Positions 44,675-56,096 of a DNA stretch of 62,463 nt are shown piece by piece. This DNA comes from an uncultured Bifidobacteriaceae bacterium (lineage in GTDB: Bacteria; Verrucomicrobiota; Verrucomicrobiia; Limisphaerales; UBA11358). The notes beneath the pieces were generated by a model. It did no database searches, had not been told where the DNA came from, and saw nothing but the letters and a program-made list of their open reading frames with translations. The stretch spans positions 1 to 62,463 of the forward strand of contig CAYTJG010000002.1 of the NCBI GenBank assembly GCA_964437865.1, written 5' to 3'. A program made the position numbers and the translations under genes. The first letter of the stretch is position 1, and each line of letters starts with the position of its first letter.

Positions 44675-46129
44675 ATGAAGCAGTCATGCAGCAACGGTCA
44701 AAAACTAATCAGCGCGGCTTCGGCCGCGCTGACTTGCGCCGCGGTGGTGAATGCCGAGGTGCCGGCGTCGGATCCGAATTTGGTGACTGCGCCGGGAAGC
44801 ACCAATGGCGTGGCCGCCACGCCGCCGGAAACCTCCGGCGCGGGGGTGCCGCAAGCCTGGAACGTGCACGTGCAGAATACCGATATCGTGCAGGGTTATC
44901 CCGGTTATTCCTCCAGTTATGCGGGGCCGAACAGCCTGCCGGGCGGCGGGGAAGTGCGGGAAACCATGTCATTCGATGTCCTGGGTGGCCTGCGGCTGTG
45001 GTCGGGCGCGGAGGCGCATGTGGATGGCCTGATGTGGCAGGGGTATGGCCTGCGTGACACGCTGGGCGTGGAAGGGTTTCCCAATGGTGAAGCGTTCCGG
45101 TTGGGGACAGATGTGCCCAACGGCGCCATTACCCGCCTGTTCATCCGCCAGACCATCGGCTTGGGCGGCGAGCAGGAGGACGTGCCGGATGACGCGTTGA
45201 CGCTGGCGGGCAAGCAGGACGTCTCCCGGCTCACGTTTACGCTGGGCCGGTTCAGTGCCAAGGATGTTTTTGACAACAATGCCTACGCCAACGATCCGCG
45301 CACGCAGTTCATGAGCTGGGCGCTGATGGCCAATGAAGCCTGGGATTATCCGGCGGATGCCATCGGTTACACGACCGGCTTGGCGGTGGAACTGAACCAA
45401 CCCCAATGGGCGTTGCGCTACGGGTTTTTCCAGATGCCGCGCTACCAAAACAGCTTGTCGGCCGAAGATCGGTTTCTCAAATGGCCGTTTGAGGATTCCG
45501 CGCAGGATGCACCGTTTGCGGACGGCTGGGGCATGGTCACGGAGTTTGAGCGCCGCTACACGCTGGCGGATCACCCGGGCACGGTCCGGTTGCTGGCGTT
45601 TTTGAATCGGGCCAACATGGCGAACTATCGGGCGGCCACGGCCATTCTGCTGGCCGACGGTCCGGGGGCGGATTTCTCGGCGGCGCGGGCTTATAACTTT
45701 AAATACGGTTTCGGTTTGAACTGGGAGCAGGAGATTGTGAAGAACGTGGGCGTGTTTTCGCGCCTGGGCTGGAACGACGGACAGGAGGAGGGCTGGGTGT
45801 TCAGCGACGTGGGCTATGCCGCCTCACTCGGATTGAGCGTGAAGGGCGAAGCCTGGCGTCGGCCGGCGGACACCTTTGGTCTCGCCGGCGTGGCCAGCGG
45901 CATCTCGGTGGCCGAACGGGAGTTTCTGTCGGCGGGCGGCGCTGGCATTCTTGCCGGCGACGGGACGCTGGATTATGGGTTGGAGAAAATCGTGGAAACC
46001 TATTACGACTGCGGCGTCTGGAAGACGCTGCATCTGGCGCTCGATTACCAGTTCATCATGAATCCAGCGTTCAACTCCGACCGCGGCCCGGTCTCGGTTT
46101 TCGGCGCGCGGGTGCATTGGGAATTCTGA
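44675..46129 (+). CDS. Carbohydrate-selective porin, OprB family
   Basis: It has a signal peptide, the OprB-like opening HVQNTDIVQGYPGYSSSYAGPNSL, beta-barrel periodicity and a terminal HWEF. Confidence 0.8.
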   Translation: MKQSCSNGQKLISAASAALTCAAVVNAEVPASDPNLVTAPGSTNGVAATPPETSGAGVPQAWNVHVQNTDIVQGYPGYSSSYAGPNSLPGGGEVRETMSFDVLGGLRLWSGAEAHVDGLMWQGYGLRDTLGVEGFPNGEAFRLGTDVPNGAITRLFIRQTIGLGGEQEDVPDDALTLAGKQDVSRLTFTLGRFSAKDVFDNNAYANDPRTQFMSWALMANEAWDYPADAIGYTTGLAVELNQPQWALRYGFFQMPRYQNSLSAEDRFLKWPFEDSAQDAPFADGWGMVTEFERRYTLADHPGTVRLLAFLNRANMANYRAATAILLADGPGADFSAARAYNFKYGFGLNWEQEIVKNVGVFSRLGWNDGQEEGWVFSDVGYAASLGLSVKGEAWRRPADTFGLAGVASGISVAEREFLSAGGAGILAGDGTLDYGLEKIVETYYDCGVWKTLHLALDYQFIMNPAFNSDRGPVSVFGARVHWEF

Positions 46130-46171
46130 TCGCCCACTTGACCTTTGCTTCAAATCATCCTAGCTTGAAGC

Positions 46172-48323
<2,152 letters not shown>

Positions 48324-48328
48324 GCGGC

Positions 48329-48373
48329 GGCGCCGGCGGCGATTCTGCCTGCGACTGCAGGGCGCCTTTTTTT
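48329..48373 (+). terminator. Rho-independent terminator after thiC
   Basis: GGCGCC (48329-48334) pairs with GGCGCC (48361-48366), there is an inner CCTGC/GCAGG stem, and a run of seven T follows. Confidence 0.6.
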
Positions 48374-48454
48374 GTAGTTTGCAAAAGGAATTCTCAAAAA
48401 CCAGCATGAAGTTTATAATTGACCGCCTGCTCACTCTTTTATATTGTCGTCAGC

Positions 48455-49021
48455 ATGGCTAGGCCGAGAAGCAAAGATAAACGGAACGCGATCATGGCGG
48501 CGGCGACACACGTGATCGTGACGCATGGGCTGAGCGCGCCGACGGCGATGATCGCGCAAGAGGCTGGCGTATCCAATGGCTCGCTGTTCACCTATTTTGA
48601 GACGAAAGCGGACCTGTTTAACCAACTTTATCTGGAACTGAAAGCCGGGATGGCAGCGATTGCCTTGGAGGGATTTCCGGCCGAGGCTGAGCTTCGCGAC
48701 CAGGTTTTTCACGTTTGGTCCAATTGGGTGAACTGGGCGGTGTCCAATCCGGAGAAACGACGTGCGCTGGCGCAGTTGGCCGTTTCCGACGAGATCACGG
48801 CCGCGAGCCGCACGGCGGGGCATAAGACCATGGGGAGCATCGGGGAGTTGTTGGAACGGAGTCGCGCCCACGGTCCCCTGCGCGAAGTCCCGATGGCGTT
48901 TGTCGTGGCGATCATGAACTCGCTGGCGGAGACGACGATGGATTTCATGGTCCAAGACCCAACCAACGCGAACAAACATTGCCGGGTGGGATTTGAGGCG
49001 CTCTGGCGCGTAATAAGCTGA
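48455..49021 (+). CDS. TetR-family transcriptional regulator
   Basis: The HTH pattern is AIMAAATHVIVTHGLSAPTAMIAQEAGVSNGSLFTYFETKADL. I chose the ATG at MARPRS. Confidence 0.85.
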   Translation: MARPRSKDKRNAIMAAATHVIVTHGLSAPTAMIAQEAGVSNGSLFTYFETKADLFNQLYLELKAGMAAIALEGFPAEAELRDQVFHVWSNWVNWAVSNPEKRRALAQLAVSDEITAASRTAGHKTMGSIGELLERSRAHGPLREVPMAFVVAIMNSLAETTMDFMVQDPTNANKHCRVGFEALWRVIS

Positions 49022-49075
49022 TTTTTTTTTGATTAAATAATGACTGACTAGACAAACAATTAAGTGGAGCGAAAT

Positions 49076-50002
49076 ATGTCAAAGACCGTTTGGGAAAATT
49101 CAGAGCGCAAGGCGTACCTCATTACCGGCCCGACTTCGGGCATTGGTCGCCGCACGGCGCTTGAGCTGGCCAAGCACGGCACCGTGGTGCTGGTCGGCCG
49201 TGACCACCGCAAGCTCGACGAACTGCAGCAGATCATTGAAAGGAAAGGCCAGCACGCAATGTCGGTTGTGTGCGACTTGTCTGATCCAGCCAGTGTGCGG
49301 CACGCGGCGGCGGAGATCATCGCGCTCCATCTGCCGATCGTTGGGCTGCTCAACAACGCGGGCATGTTCCCGATGCGTGCCGCGAAAAACGCTTTGGGTT
49401 GGGACCTGGCGTTTGCCACGAACCACCTCGGGCCATTCATTTTGACCGAAGCCCTCATCCCGCATCTCCCCGATGGCGCGAATGTCGTCTTCGTCTGCTC
49501 CGGCGTGGAAGATCCCGAGCGCAAGCCCGCCAAGATGGCCGGTTTTCGCGGTGCCCGCTACCTCTCCGCCGAGGCCAGCGCGCGCGGGGAATGGAAACCC
49601 GGCGGCTCCACGATGCCGGGGGCGGACGCTTACGCCACCTCGAAGCAGTGCAATCTCGCCACGGCGATGGTGTTCGCCCGTGAAACTCCGCGACTACGCT
49701 TCAACGCGCTCGAACCGGGCTTTACGCCGAACACCGGCCTCGGGCGCGGAGCCAATGTCTTCCTACGCTGCTTGATGAACTACCTCCTGCCGCTACTCGC
49801 GCCCTTCATGAAGTATTGGAGCAGCCCGAAGCGCGCCGCGCGCGTGGCCACCCAAGTCCTGCTCAATGCCTCCGGTCGGACCGGCATCTACTACGACGAC
49901 GGCGGTCGGCCGATGCCCGGCTCCGTGCTCGCGCGCGACCCAAAATTCACGGACCGCGTCGTGGCCGAGACCCGCGCCTTGCTATCCATCCTTCCAAAAT
50001 AA
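49076..50002 (+). CDS. Short-chain dehydrogenase/reductase (SDR)
   Basis: The cofactor motif is ITGPTSGIGRRTA, NNAG is present, and the catalytic YxxxK appears as YATSKQC. Confidence 0.88.
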   Translation: MSKTVWENSERKAYLITGPTSGIGRRTALELAKHGTVVLVGRDHRKLDELQQIIERKGQHAMSVVCDLSDPASVRHAAAEIIALHLPIVGLLNNAGMFPMRAAKNALGWDLAFATNHLGPFILTEALIPHLPDGANVVFVCSGVEDPERKPAKMAGFRGARYLSAEASARGEWKPGGSTMPGADAYATSKQCNLATAMVFARETPRLRFNALEPGFTPNTGLGRGANVFLRCLMNYLLPLLAPFMKYWSSPKRAARVATQVLLNASGRTGIYYDDGGRPMPGSVLARDPKFTDRVVAETRALLSILPK

Positions 50003-50049
50003 AAGGAGGCGAAGTATTTCAAGAAATAAGATAACCTTGCTTGCCGCTG

Positions 50050-51240
50050 ATGACCATGCCAACGACAAAAATTGAAAATACGCCGGCAATCGAGCTGGGC
50101 GCCGCGGATTCCTCTGCCCGTGCCGCTCGCCTCCCGCGGTCACGGATCGTTTCCTTTTTAGGTGTGGTCGCTTCCATTTTGCTGGCGGCCAATTGGTTTG
50201 TGGGCGCCACGTGGAATTATTTTTGGGGAATCTCCGCCGTGCCCGCGTGGGAAATCATTCCCCCGGGGCTGACCTTGGCGTTCATTGTCACCACGTTTTT
50301 TGGACATCGCTACTCCAGTTTCGGCCTGCGGTGGGTGTATCGGATTTCGGCCGTCTGGCTGGGGATCCTGAGTTTCAGTTTCGTCGCCGCTTGCGCCGCC
50401 TGGATGGTTTGGGCGGTCACCTTGCTGTTGCCTTTTCATTTGGCATCGCCAGTCATTGCCGAAGCTTGCTTTGGTGCCGCCCTGCTCGCCAGCCTTTACG
50501 GGGTGGTGAATGCGAACCGGCTGAGGGTCACGCGTGTCACCGTGGATCTGCCAAACCTGCCTGCGGCCTGGGCAGGCCGCCAGGTGGCGTTGGTGACCGA
50601 TCTGCATCTGGGCAATATCCGCGGCGCCGGTTTTGCCCGCCGCGTGGTGGCGAAGTTGCAAGCACTGCAGCCCGACGCCGTTTTCATCAGCGGCGATTTG
50701 TTTGACGGCACGGAAGCCAATCACGACGCGCTGGTCGAACCGTGGAGACACCTGTCCACCCCGGCCGGCATTTATTATGTCACCGGCAACCACGAGGAAT
50801 TCACCGACCGGGCGAAACTCCTTGCGGCCGTGCAGCGCACCGGCATTCGCGTGTTGCACAACGAGAAAGTGGACGTGGACGGACTGCAAATCGTTGGCGT
50901 GCATGACGGCGAAACCCGCGATCCACGGCAGTTTCGCGCGCTGTTGCGACGGGCGGCAGTGGTTGGCAATCGTGCCAGCATCTTGCTCGCGCACCAGCCG
51001 TCCAATCTGGCCATTCCCGAGGAGGAGGGCCTTTCCTTGCAGCTTTCCGGCCACACGCATGGCGGGCAGATCTGGCCCTGGACGCGGCTGGCGGCGCGCG
51101 TCCACGGGCGGTTCAACTACGGACTGAATCGGTTCGGCAAACTGCAGGTTTACACGAGCAGCGGCGCGGGCACCTGGGGCGCGCCCCTCCGCGTCGGCAC
51201 CATCTCCGAAATCGTCTTGATCCGCCTGGGAGCAGCCTGA
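50050..51240 (+). CDS. Membrane-anchored metallophosphoesterase
   Basis: It has about four N-terminal TM segments followed by calcineurin-like motifs: TDLHLG, GDLFDG, GNHE and SGHTHGGQ. Confidence 0.8.
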   Translation: MTMPTTKIENTPAIELGAADSSARAARLPRSRIVSFLGVVASILLAANWFVGATWNYFWGISAVPAWEIIPPGLTLAFIVTTFFGHRYSSFGLRWVYRISAVWLGILSFSFVAACAAWMVWAVTLLLPFHLASPVIAEACFGAALLASLYGVVNANRLRVTRVTVDLPNLPAAWAGRQVALVTDLHLGNIRGAGFARRVVAKLQALQPDAVFISGDLFDGTEANHDALVEPWRHLSTPAGIYYVTGNHEEFTDRAKLLAAVQRTGIRVLHNEKVDVDGLQIVGVHDGETRDPRQFRALLRRAAVVGNRASILLAHQPSNLAIPEEEGLSLQLSGHTHGGQIWPWTRLAARVHGRFNYGLNRFGKLQVYTSSGAGTWGAPLRVGTISEIVLIRLGAA

Positions 51241-51440
51241 CTTGGAAATCTGAGGGCGTGTCTCCAAACGCCGGTCCGCGGCCACGAGGAATTTGAGCCA
51301 GAGGTGGTAACACGGCCTTTCGTATGGGAGAGTCTTTTCTGGGCGACAGTATGGTGCAGAATCACGCGTCAGCGCCCAAGCTATTGGCAACGGATCATCG
51401 GTCCTGCCCGGCGTGATAGCTGGCATTCCCAGGGACCCGC

Positions 51441-53438
51441 TCACCATGGCTTCTTCAGGGAAAAATGAATGAGCAGCCAACCGGCGACGAGGCCGCTCGC
51501 ATACGCCATAGACAGATTGTCTGGCGGCTCAAGCAAAGAGCTGGGGTGGGCGTTGAGCGCGACGATGAGGAAGAGCAAACAAAGGGTCCCCAACGCAAAG
51601 ACCGTCAGGAGAATCCACGCCGTCCATTGCCTCCACTGCCGCAATGATCGTTTCGCCGTTTCGCATTCCGACTTCAAGTTGGACAACTTCCATCGGATGA
51701 ATCCGCCTAGGCGCAGTCCCAGCATCAGCCAACAGTAAGGCCAGAACGAATAGCCAAGAATCATGGAGGCGCCCAGGAGGAGGCAGAAACCCAAGTTTAA
51801 CCAACTCGCAAACACGGGGGCAACTACCGGGGGCATATTCGCCCCCGTCGGCGGCACGTAAAATTTGATGGCGCCGGAGACCGGCTCTGCGGAGATCCGC
51901 CTCTGCCGGGTGACGACTTGCCACAGGACCGTGAACATATAGAAAAATGGGATGTACACGCAAAACAGCCATTCGTATGAAACCAAAGTCGCACCTTCCC
52001 AGACGAATGCTTCAATGCCTTTTGCCGTCAGGCAAAGGACCGCCACCAGGCCGGCCATGGCGAGGGCCGCAAAAGTCGCCGTCGCGCCCGGCGTTGGCGG
52101 ATGGATTGGCGGCTCGAAGAGTTTTTTCCACCGGGCGCGCGTGGCGAGCTTTCGGTAACCGACATCGAGCAGTGAGGCGAAGACCAGAAACAGACCGAAG
52201 ACGCGGCGGAGTAAAGAATCCAGCGCGGCGGTGCGCGGCCCGGGCGCTTTAACATAGCCGGGATGCGCGTTGAGCCAGCCGAGGAATTTCGTTTGTTCCC
52301 AGAGCCCATACGCCAGGGCCACCAGCGTGAGGAGAAGAACCGAGACGGCCGCGTTGGTCACCCAGCGGTGCCGCCGGGACCAGCTCAGCGTCCGACGCAA
52401 TGCGCTGGCCGGCCGCGCCTGCACTGGCTCGCCGGCGAGAAACCGGCCCAAATCCGCTTCCAATTCGCGCGCGGTCGGGTATCGGCGCACCGGTTCTTTC
52501 TCCAGGCACTTGAGACAAATCGTTTCGAGGTCGGCCGGCGCATCGGGATTCAACGAACGCGGACGGAGCGGCTCATCGTTAACCACGTGCGCGAGAGTGT
52601 CCATCGCGGTCTGGCCAGAGAAAGGCGGCCGGCCGGTCAGCAGTTCGTAGAGGATGGCGCCTAGTGAATACACGTCGCTAGCGGGGCCGACCAGGTCGTT
52701 TCGCCCGTGCGCTTGCTCGGGCGACATGTAACTTGGGCTACCCATGATTGCGCCCGTTTTCGTCAGTGTGCTATCCCCTGCAAGATTTTTGGCCAGGCCG
52801 AAATCCGTCACGCGCGGCCGGCCCGCAGTGTCCAACATGATGTTCTGCGGTTTGAGGTCGCGGTGCAGCACCCCGCGCTGGTGCGCGAATTGCACGGCTT
52901 CGGCAATGGCTTTCAGCCACTCCGCCGCAGCCCGTGCCGCCACCGGGCGGCCACCGGCGATTTGGGTTAGGTTCTTGCCCTCGACGAAATCCATCGAGAA
53001 ATAGTGGCGTCCCTCGTACTCGCCGATTTCGTGGATGGCCACGATGTTGGGGTGTTGCAGTTGGGCCGCTGCCTGGGCTTCCGTGCGGAAGCGCAGTATT
53101 TCCGCCTCGCTGGCCAGTTCGCCGGAGCGGATCATTTTGACGGCGACGATACGTTTGAGGCTGGATTGCCGCGCCTTATAAATCACACCCATGCCGCCCC
53201 GCGCGATTTCTTCCAATAGCTCATAGTCTCCAAAATACCCCAGTTTCGTTCCGGGCGGGAATTCCTTCGTTTCGGTTTCCGGCCCCTCCCTGTAGGCGTC
53301 GGGTGCCACGGGAAGCGTGGATTTGGAGGATGAGGGCAAGCCGGCTTTCATCAGGCATTCGGGGCATAGTCCGAGTGGCGCATCAGGTGCCAGCGGCTGG
53401 CCGCATTGGCGGCAGGGATTGATCGGTTTCGTATTCAT
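51441..53438 (-). CDS. Ser/Thr protein kinase with an N-terminal CxxC...CxxC segment and a polytopic C-terminal membrane domain
   Basis: The N-terminus is CRQCGQPL...CPECL. Hanks motifs are present: GGMGVIYKA, VAVK, HRDLKPQNIML, DFGLAK and SPEQ. Several hydrophobic helices occupy the last 300 aa. Confidence 0.88.
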   Translation of the reverse strand: MNTKPINPCRQCGQPLAPDAPLGLCPECLMKAGLPSSSKSTLPVAPDAYREGPETETKEFPPGTKLGYFGDYELLEEIARGGMGVIYKARQSSLKRIVAVKMIRSGELASEAEILRFRTEAQAAAQLQHPNIVAIHEIGEYEGRHYFSMDFVEGKNLTQIAGGRPVAARAAAEWLKAIAEAVQFAHQRGVLHRDLKPQNIMLDTAGRPRVTDFGLAKNLAGDSTLTKTGAIMGSPSYMSPEQAHGRNDLVGPASDVYSLGAILYELLTGRPPFSGQTAMDTLAHVVNDEPLRPRSLNPDAPADLETICLKCLEKEPVRRYPTARELEADLGRFLAGEPVQARPASALRRTLSWSRRHRWVTNAAVSVLLLTLVALAYGLWEQTKFLGWLNAHPGYVKAPGPRTAALDSLLRRVFGLFLVFASLLDVGYRKLATRARWKKLFEPPIHPPTPGATATFAALAMAGLVAVLCLTAKGIEAFVWEGATLVSYEWLFCVYIPFFYMFTVLWQVVTRQRRISAEPVSGAIKFYVPPTGANMPPVVAPVFASWLNLGFCLLLGASMILGYSFWPYCWLMLGLRLGGFIRWKLSNLKSECETAKRSLRQWRQWTAWILLTVFALGTLCLLFLIVALNAHPSSLLEPPDNLSMAYASGLVAGWLLIHFSLKKPW

Positions 53439-53499
53439 TCCACCGTGTTACAGAGGAGATGAAGGCACAATGTTACAGATCATTTACGCCATGGGCATG

Positions 53500-54252
53500 T
53501 CAGGCTGCCAGCGCGCGGTACAGATGGCGGATCTCGCCATTGACTTCCGCCTCCGTGGCGACGGTTTGAGCGATTTCCGCGCGGAGCAACTGCCGATAGC
53601 GTTGGCGGAGCCGATGCACCGCCACGCGCAGGGCGGGCTCGCTGAGGCCCAGGTCGGTGGCGAGCTTTGCGTAGGGCTCGTCTGGCTTTTCGCCCACGAT
53701 GGAAAACCGTAGCGCCATGAACAATGGTCCCTTGCCTGCCGACTCATATTCACGCTGCAGCCGTTGCACGCTCACCTCAAGGAGCGTCACGGCCCATTTC
53801 CGTTCGAACAATTTCTCTGGTGTCAGGGTGTCGGCTGGCTCGCGGCTCCAGCGCGCTTCGGCCTCGGCCGCCTCCAGAGAGATGCATTGGCCTTGGCCGC
53901 GCTTTTGTGCCCGCTGCCGGTCCCATTGGTCGGACAGATAGTGATTGAGCGAGGCCAACAGAAAGGAGCGGAACTTTCCCTTTTCGCGCCGCACATCCGC
54001 CAGGGAATTCAGTTCGAGCAGTCTGGCGAAGAAACCCTGGGTCAAATCCTCCGCGTCAGCGGCAGAATCGCCCCGCCGCCGGATGTAGGCATAGAGAGGA
54101 TACCAGTAGGTTTGACAAAGCTGTGTCAGCGCGTCACGGGCGCGGAGCGAGTCGCTGCGGCCGGCGTTCAACACCATCGTCCAGTGGGTGGTCGCAAAGT
54201 ACTCGCGAGGCTTGGCCGATTCAATCGCGGACTCATCAGGGGCAGGCCGCAT
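53500..54252 (-). CDS. ECF-type sigma factor (kinase-associated type)
   Basis: The region 2-like sequence is LCQTYWYPLYAYIRRRG..AEDLTQGFF and the region 4-like sequence is YAKLATDLGLSEPALRVAVHRLRQRY. It ends 61 nt upstream of the kinase start. I chose the start at MRPAPDES. Confidence 0.8.
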   Translation of the reverse strand: MRPAPDESAIESAKPREYFATTHWTMVLNAGRSDSLRARDALTQLCQTYWYPLYAYIRRRGDSAADAEDLTQGFFARLLELNSLADVRREKGKFRSFLLASLNHYLSDQWDRQRAQKRGQGQCISLEAAEAEARWSREPADTLTPEKLFERKWAVTLLEVSVQRLQREYESAGKGPLFMALRFSIVGEKPDEPYAKLATDLGLSEPALRVAVHRLRQRYRQLLRAEIAQTVATEAEVNGEIRHLYRALAA

Positions 54253-54552
54253 GCGGCGACGGTAGCTTGGGTGAGCTTTTGAGGCAAGCAAATGTGTGGC
54301 GGGCCAATGAGAGGCGCGTGACCCTTCAAACCCCCGCGGTTCCATGGTTGGGCCGAGGAACCAAAGCTGCCTCCTTGAAGGCGCCGCCAGCTGGCCGGCG
54401 GCCGAGGATAATTGGACCGTTATGGATACAGACTTGGGGAATACGAAGGTTGCTCCGGCGGCCGTTCGCCGAAGAGTTGCCCCTTATGAACGACATTAAA
54501 AAAGCATTAAATGCGTTGACATGATTCCGGCCATCAACGAAGCTCCTTATAA

Positions 54553-55527
54553 TTGAATTCAGCCAACATTCTGTATGCCCGCACAAAGGCGTTCGCCCAC
54601 GACCACCCTCTAAAAAGTTGGTGGTGCATCCTGTCCACAACCGTTTTATTGATCTCCACCGCCCTGGGCACCTTCCCCGGGTTGCCCTTGGCAGTGCGCA
54701 TCCTTTGTTCCGGCCTGACGGGATTGATTGTGGTCCGGCTGTTCGTGATTTTTCATGACCAGCAACATCGCGCCATTCTGCCCAAATCGAAGTTGGCGGA
54801 GTTGTACATGCGCTTGTATGGCTTATTGGTATTGTGCCCGAGCAACGTCTGGCGCAGTTCGCATGATCATCATCATGCGCATAACTCGAAATTGCGCGGC
54901 TCCTACATTGGCTCCTACCCCATCATGACCATGGAGCAGTATCGCAAGTCCACGAGGTTCGAACGTCTGCGTTATCTTTTCATGCGCCATCCGCTCACCA
55001 TTCTGTTTGGCTACTTTTTTGTTTTCCTGCTGGGCATGGTCGTGTTCCCCTTCGTCACGTCGCCGCGCAAGCACTATGACAGCTTGCTCGCCCTGCTGTT
55101 GCACGTGGCCATCCTCACCACGCTGCTGGTGGTGTTCGGTTGGCTCACGATGTTGTTGACGCTCATCGTGCCGCTGTTCATCGGTTGCGCCATCGGGGCC
55201 TACCTCTTTTACGCCCAGCACAATTTCCCGAGCGTGGTTTTCAAGGACAAGGCCGGGTGGACGTATGAGGGCGCCGCGCTGGAATCCTCCAGCTTTTTGA
55301 AGACCAACCGATTCATGGCGTGGGTGACCGCCAACATCGGCTATCACCATATTCATCATCTCAACCACCGGATCCCGTTCTACCGGCTGCCGGAAATTTA
55401 TCGGGCCATTCCCGAACTGCGCGAGGCCAAGACCACCTCCCTGCATCCGCGCGACATTTTCCGCTGTCTCCGCCTCAAAGTCTGGTGTGTGGAAAGCCAG
55501 CGCATGGTCGGCGTGCGCGGGCTGTGA
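54553..55527 (+). CDS. Membrane fatty-acid desaturase
   Basis: It has three His boxes (HDQQH, HDHHHAHN and HHIHHLNH) and four TM segments. The only start available after the upstream in-frame stop is TTG at 54553, so the start is uncertain. Confidence 0.8.
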   Translation: MNSANILYARTKAFAHDHPLKSWWCILSTTVLLISTALGTFPGLPLAVRILCSGLTGLIVVRLFVIFHDQQHRAILPKSKLAELYMRLYGLLVLCPSNVWRSSHDHHHAHNSKLRGSYIGSYPIMTMEQYRKSTRFERLRYLFMRHPLTILFGYFFVFLLGMVVFPFVTSPRKHYDSLLALLLHVAILTTLLVVFGWLTMLLTLIVPLFIGCAIGAYLFYAQHNFPSVVFKDKAGWTYEGAALESSSFLKTNRFMAWVTANIGYHHIHHLNHRIPFYRLPEIYRAIPELREAKTTSLHPRDIFRCLRLKVWCVESQRMVGVRGL

Positions 55528-55627
55528 GTCAGAGAGGGGCGGCTCCAGCTACTGGAGCTTTCCCATCCAGTCCTGTCTTAATCTTCGTTTGCGTGAACTG
55601 CCTGCCAAGCCGTCGCAAGGTGCGGCG

Positions 55628-55954
55628 CTACAATCGGTGTGTTTTCACCTCGCGGGTCATGAAAAGTTCCCCATTCTGGTAGATCTGCGTTTTGGCCGTG
55701 TCCTGTGAATCCGTATAGGAGCCGGTGGTGGTTTCTTTATAATCACCATGCGACGAGGTGATGGTGTACGTCTTGTGCGCGAAGTTGTAGACGATCGTCC
55801 CTGCCGTAAGGACATCACGGCCTTGCTCGTCCGTATAAAGACCGTATGTCTTGAGCGCGGCCGCCTGCGCGTCATAGGGTACGCCGTGAGCAGTGCGTCC
55901 GCGGAGACTCCAAAGTCTGCCCAACCCCCCAAGACAACGCGCAGCTTCGCCCAT
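55628..55954 (-). pseudogene. Possible gene remnant or short hypothetical ORF
   Basis: The beta-rich C-terminal 87 aa (VPYDAQAAALKTYGLYTDEQGRDVLTAGTIVYNFAHKTYTITSSHGDYKETTTGSY...) look protein-like. The N-terminus has no signal or sensible start, and the long supplied-track ORF runs into the GH2 start. Confidence 0.25.
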
Positions 55955-56096
55955 AAGGGGGAACCTGACATCCCGGTGCGCTTGGAGCGGCGCGCTGGTG
56001 CTGGAGCATTTTCGATTGGACTTCGCCTCGCCGGGGACGCAACACTGCCGGTGAACCGACCCCGCTTTTGCCCATTGCTTGGGGTCTGAACCAGCC

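Noticed and set aside
54548-54555. A TATAAT hexamer directly abutting the TTG start proposed for the desaturase. A TTGACA lies 26 nt upstream of it.
   Set aside because: The spacing is wrong for a sigma-70 promoter, and a -10 box touching the start codon is implausible. I treat it as coincidence in an AT-rich patch, but it does lower confidence in the start call.
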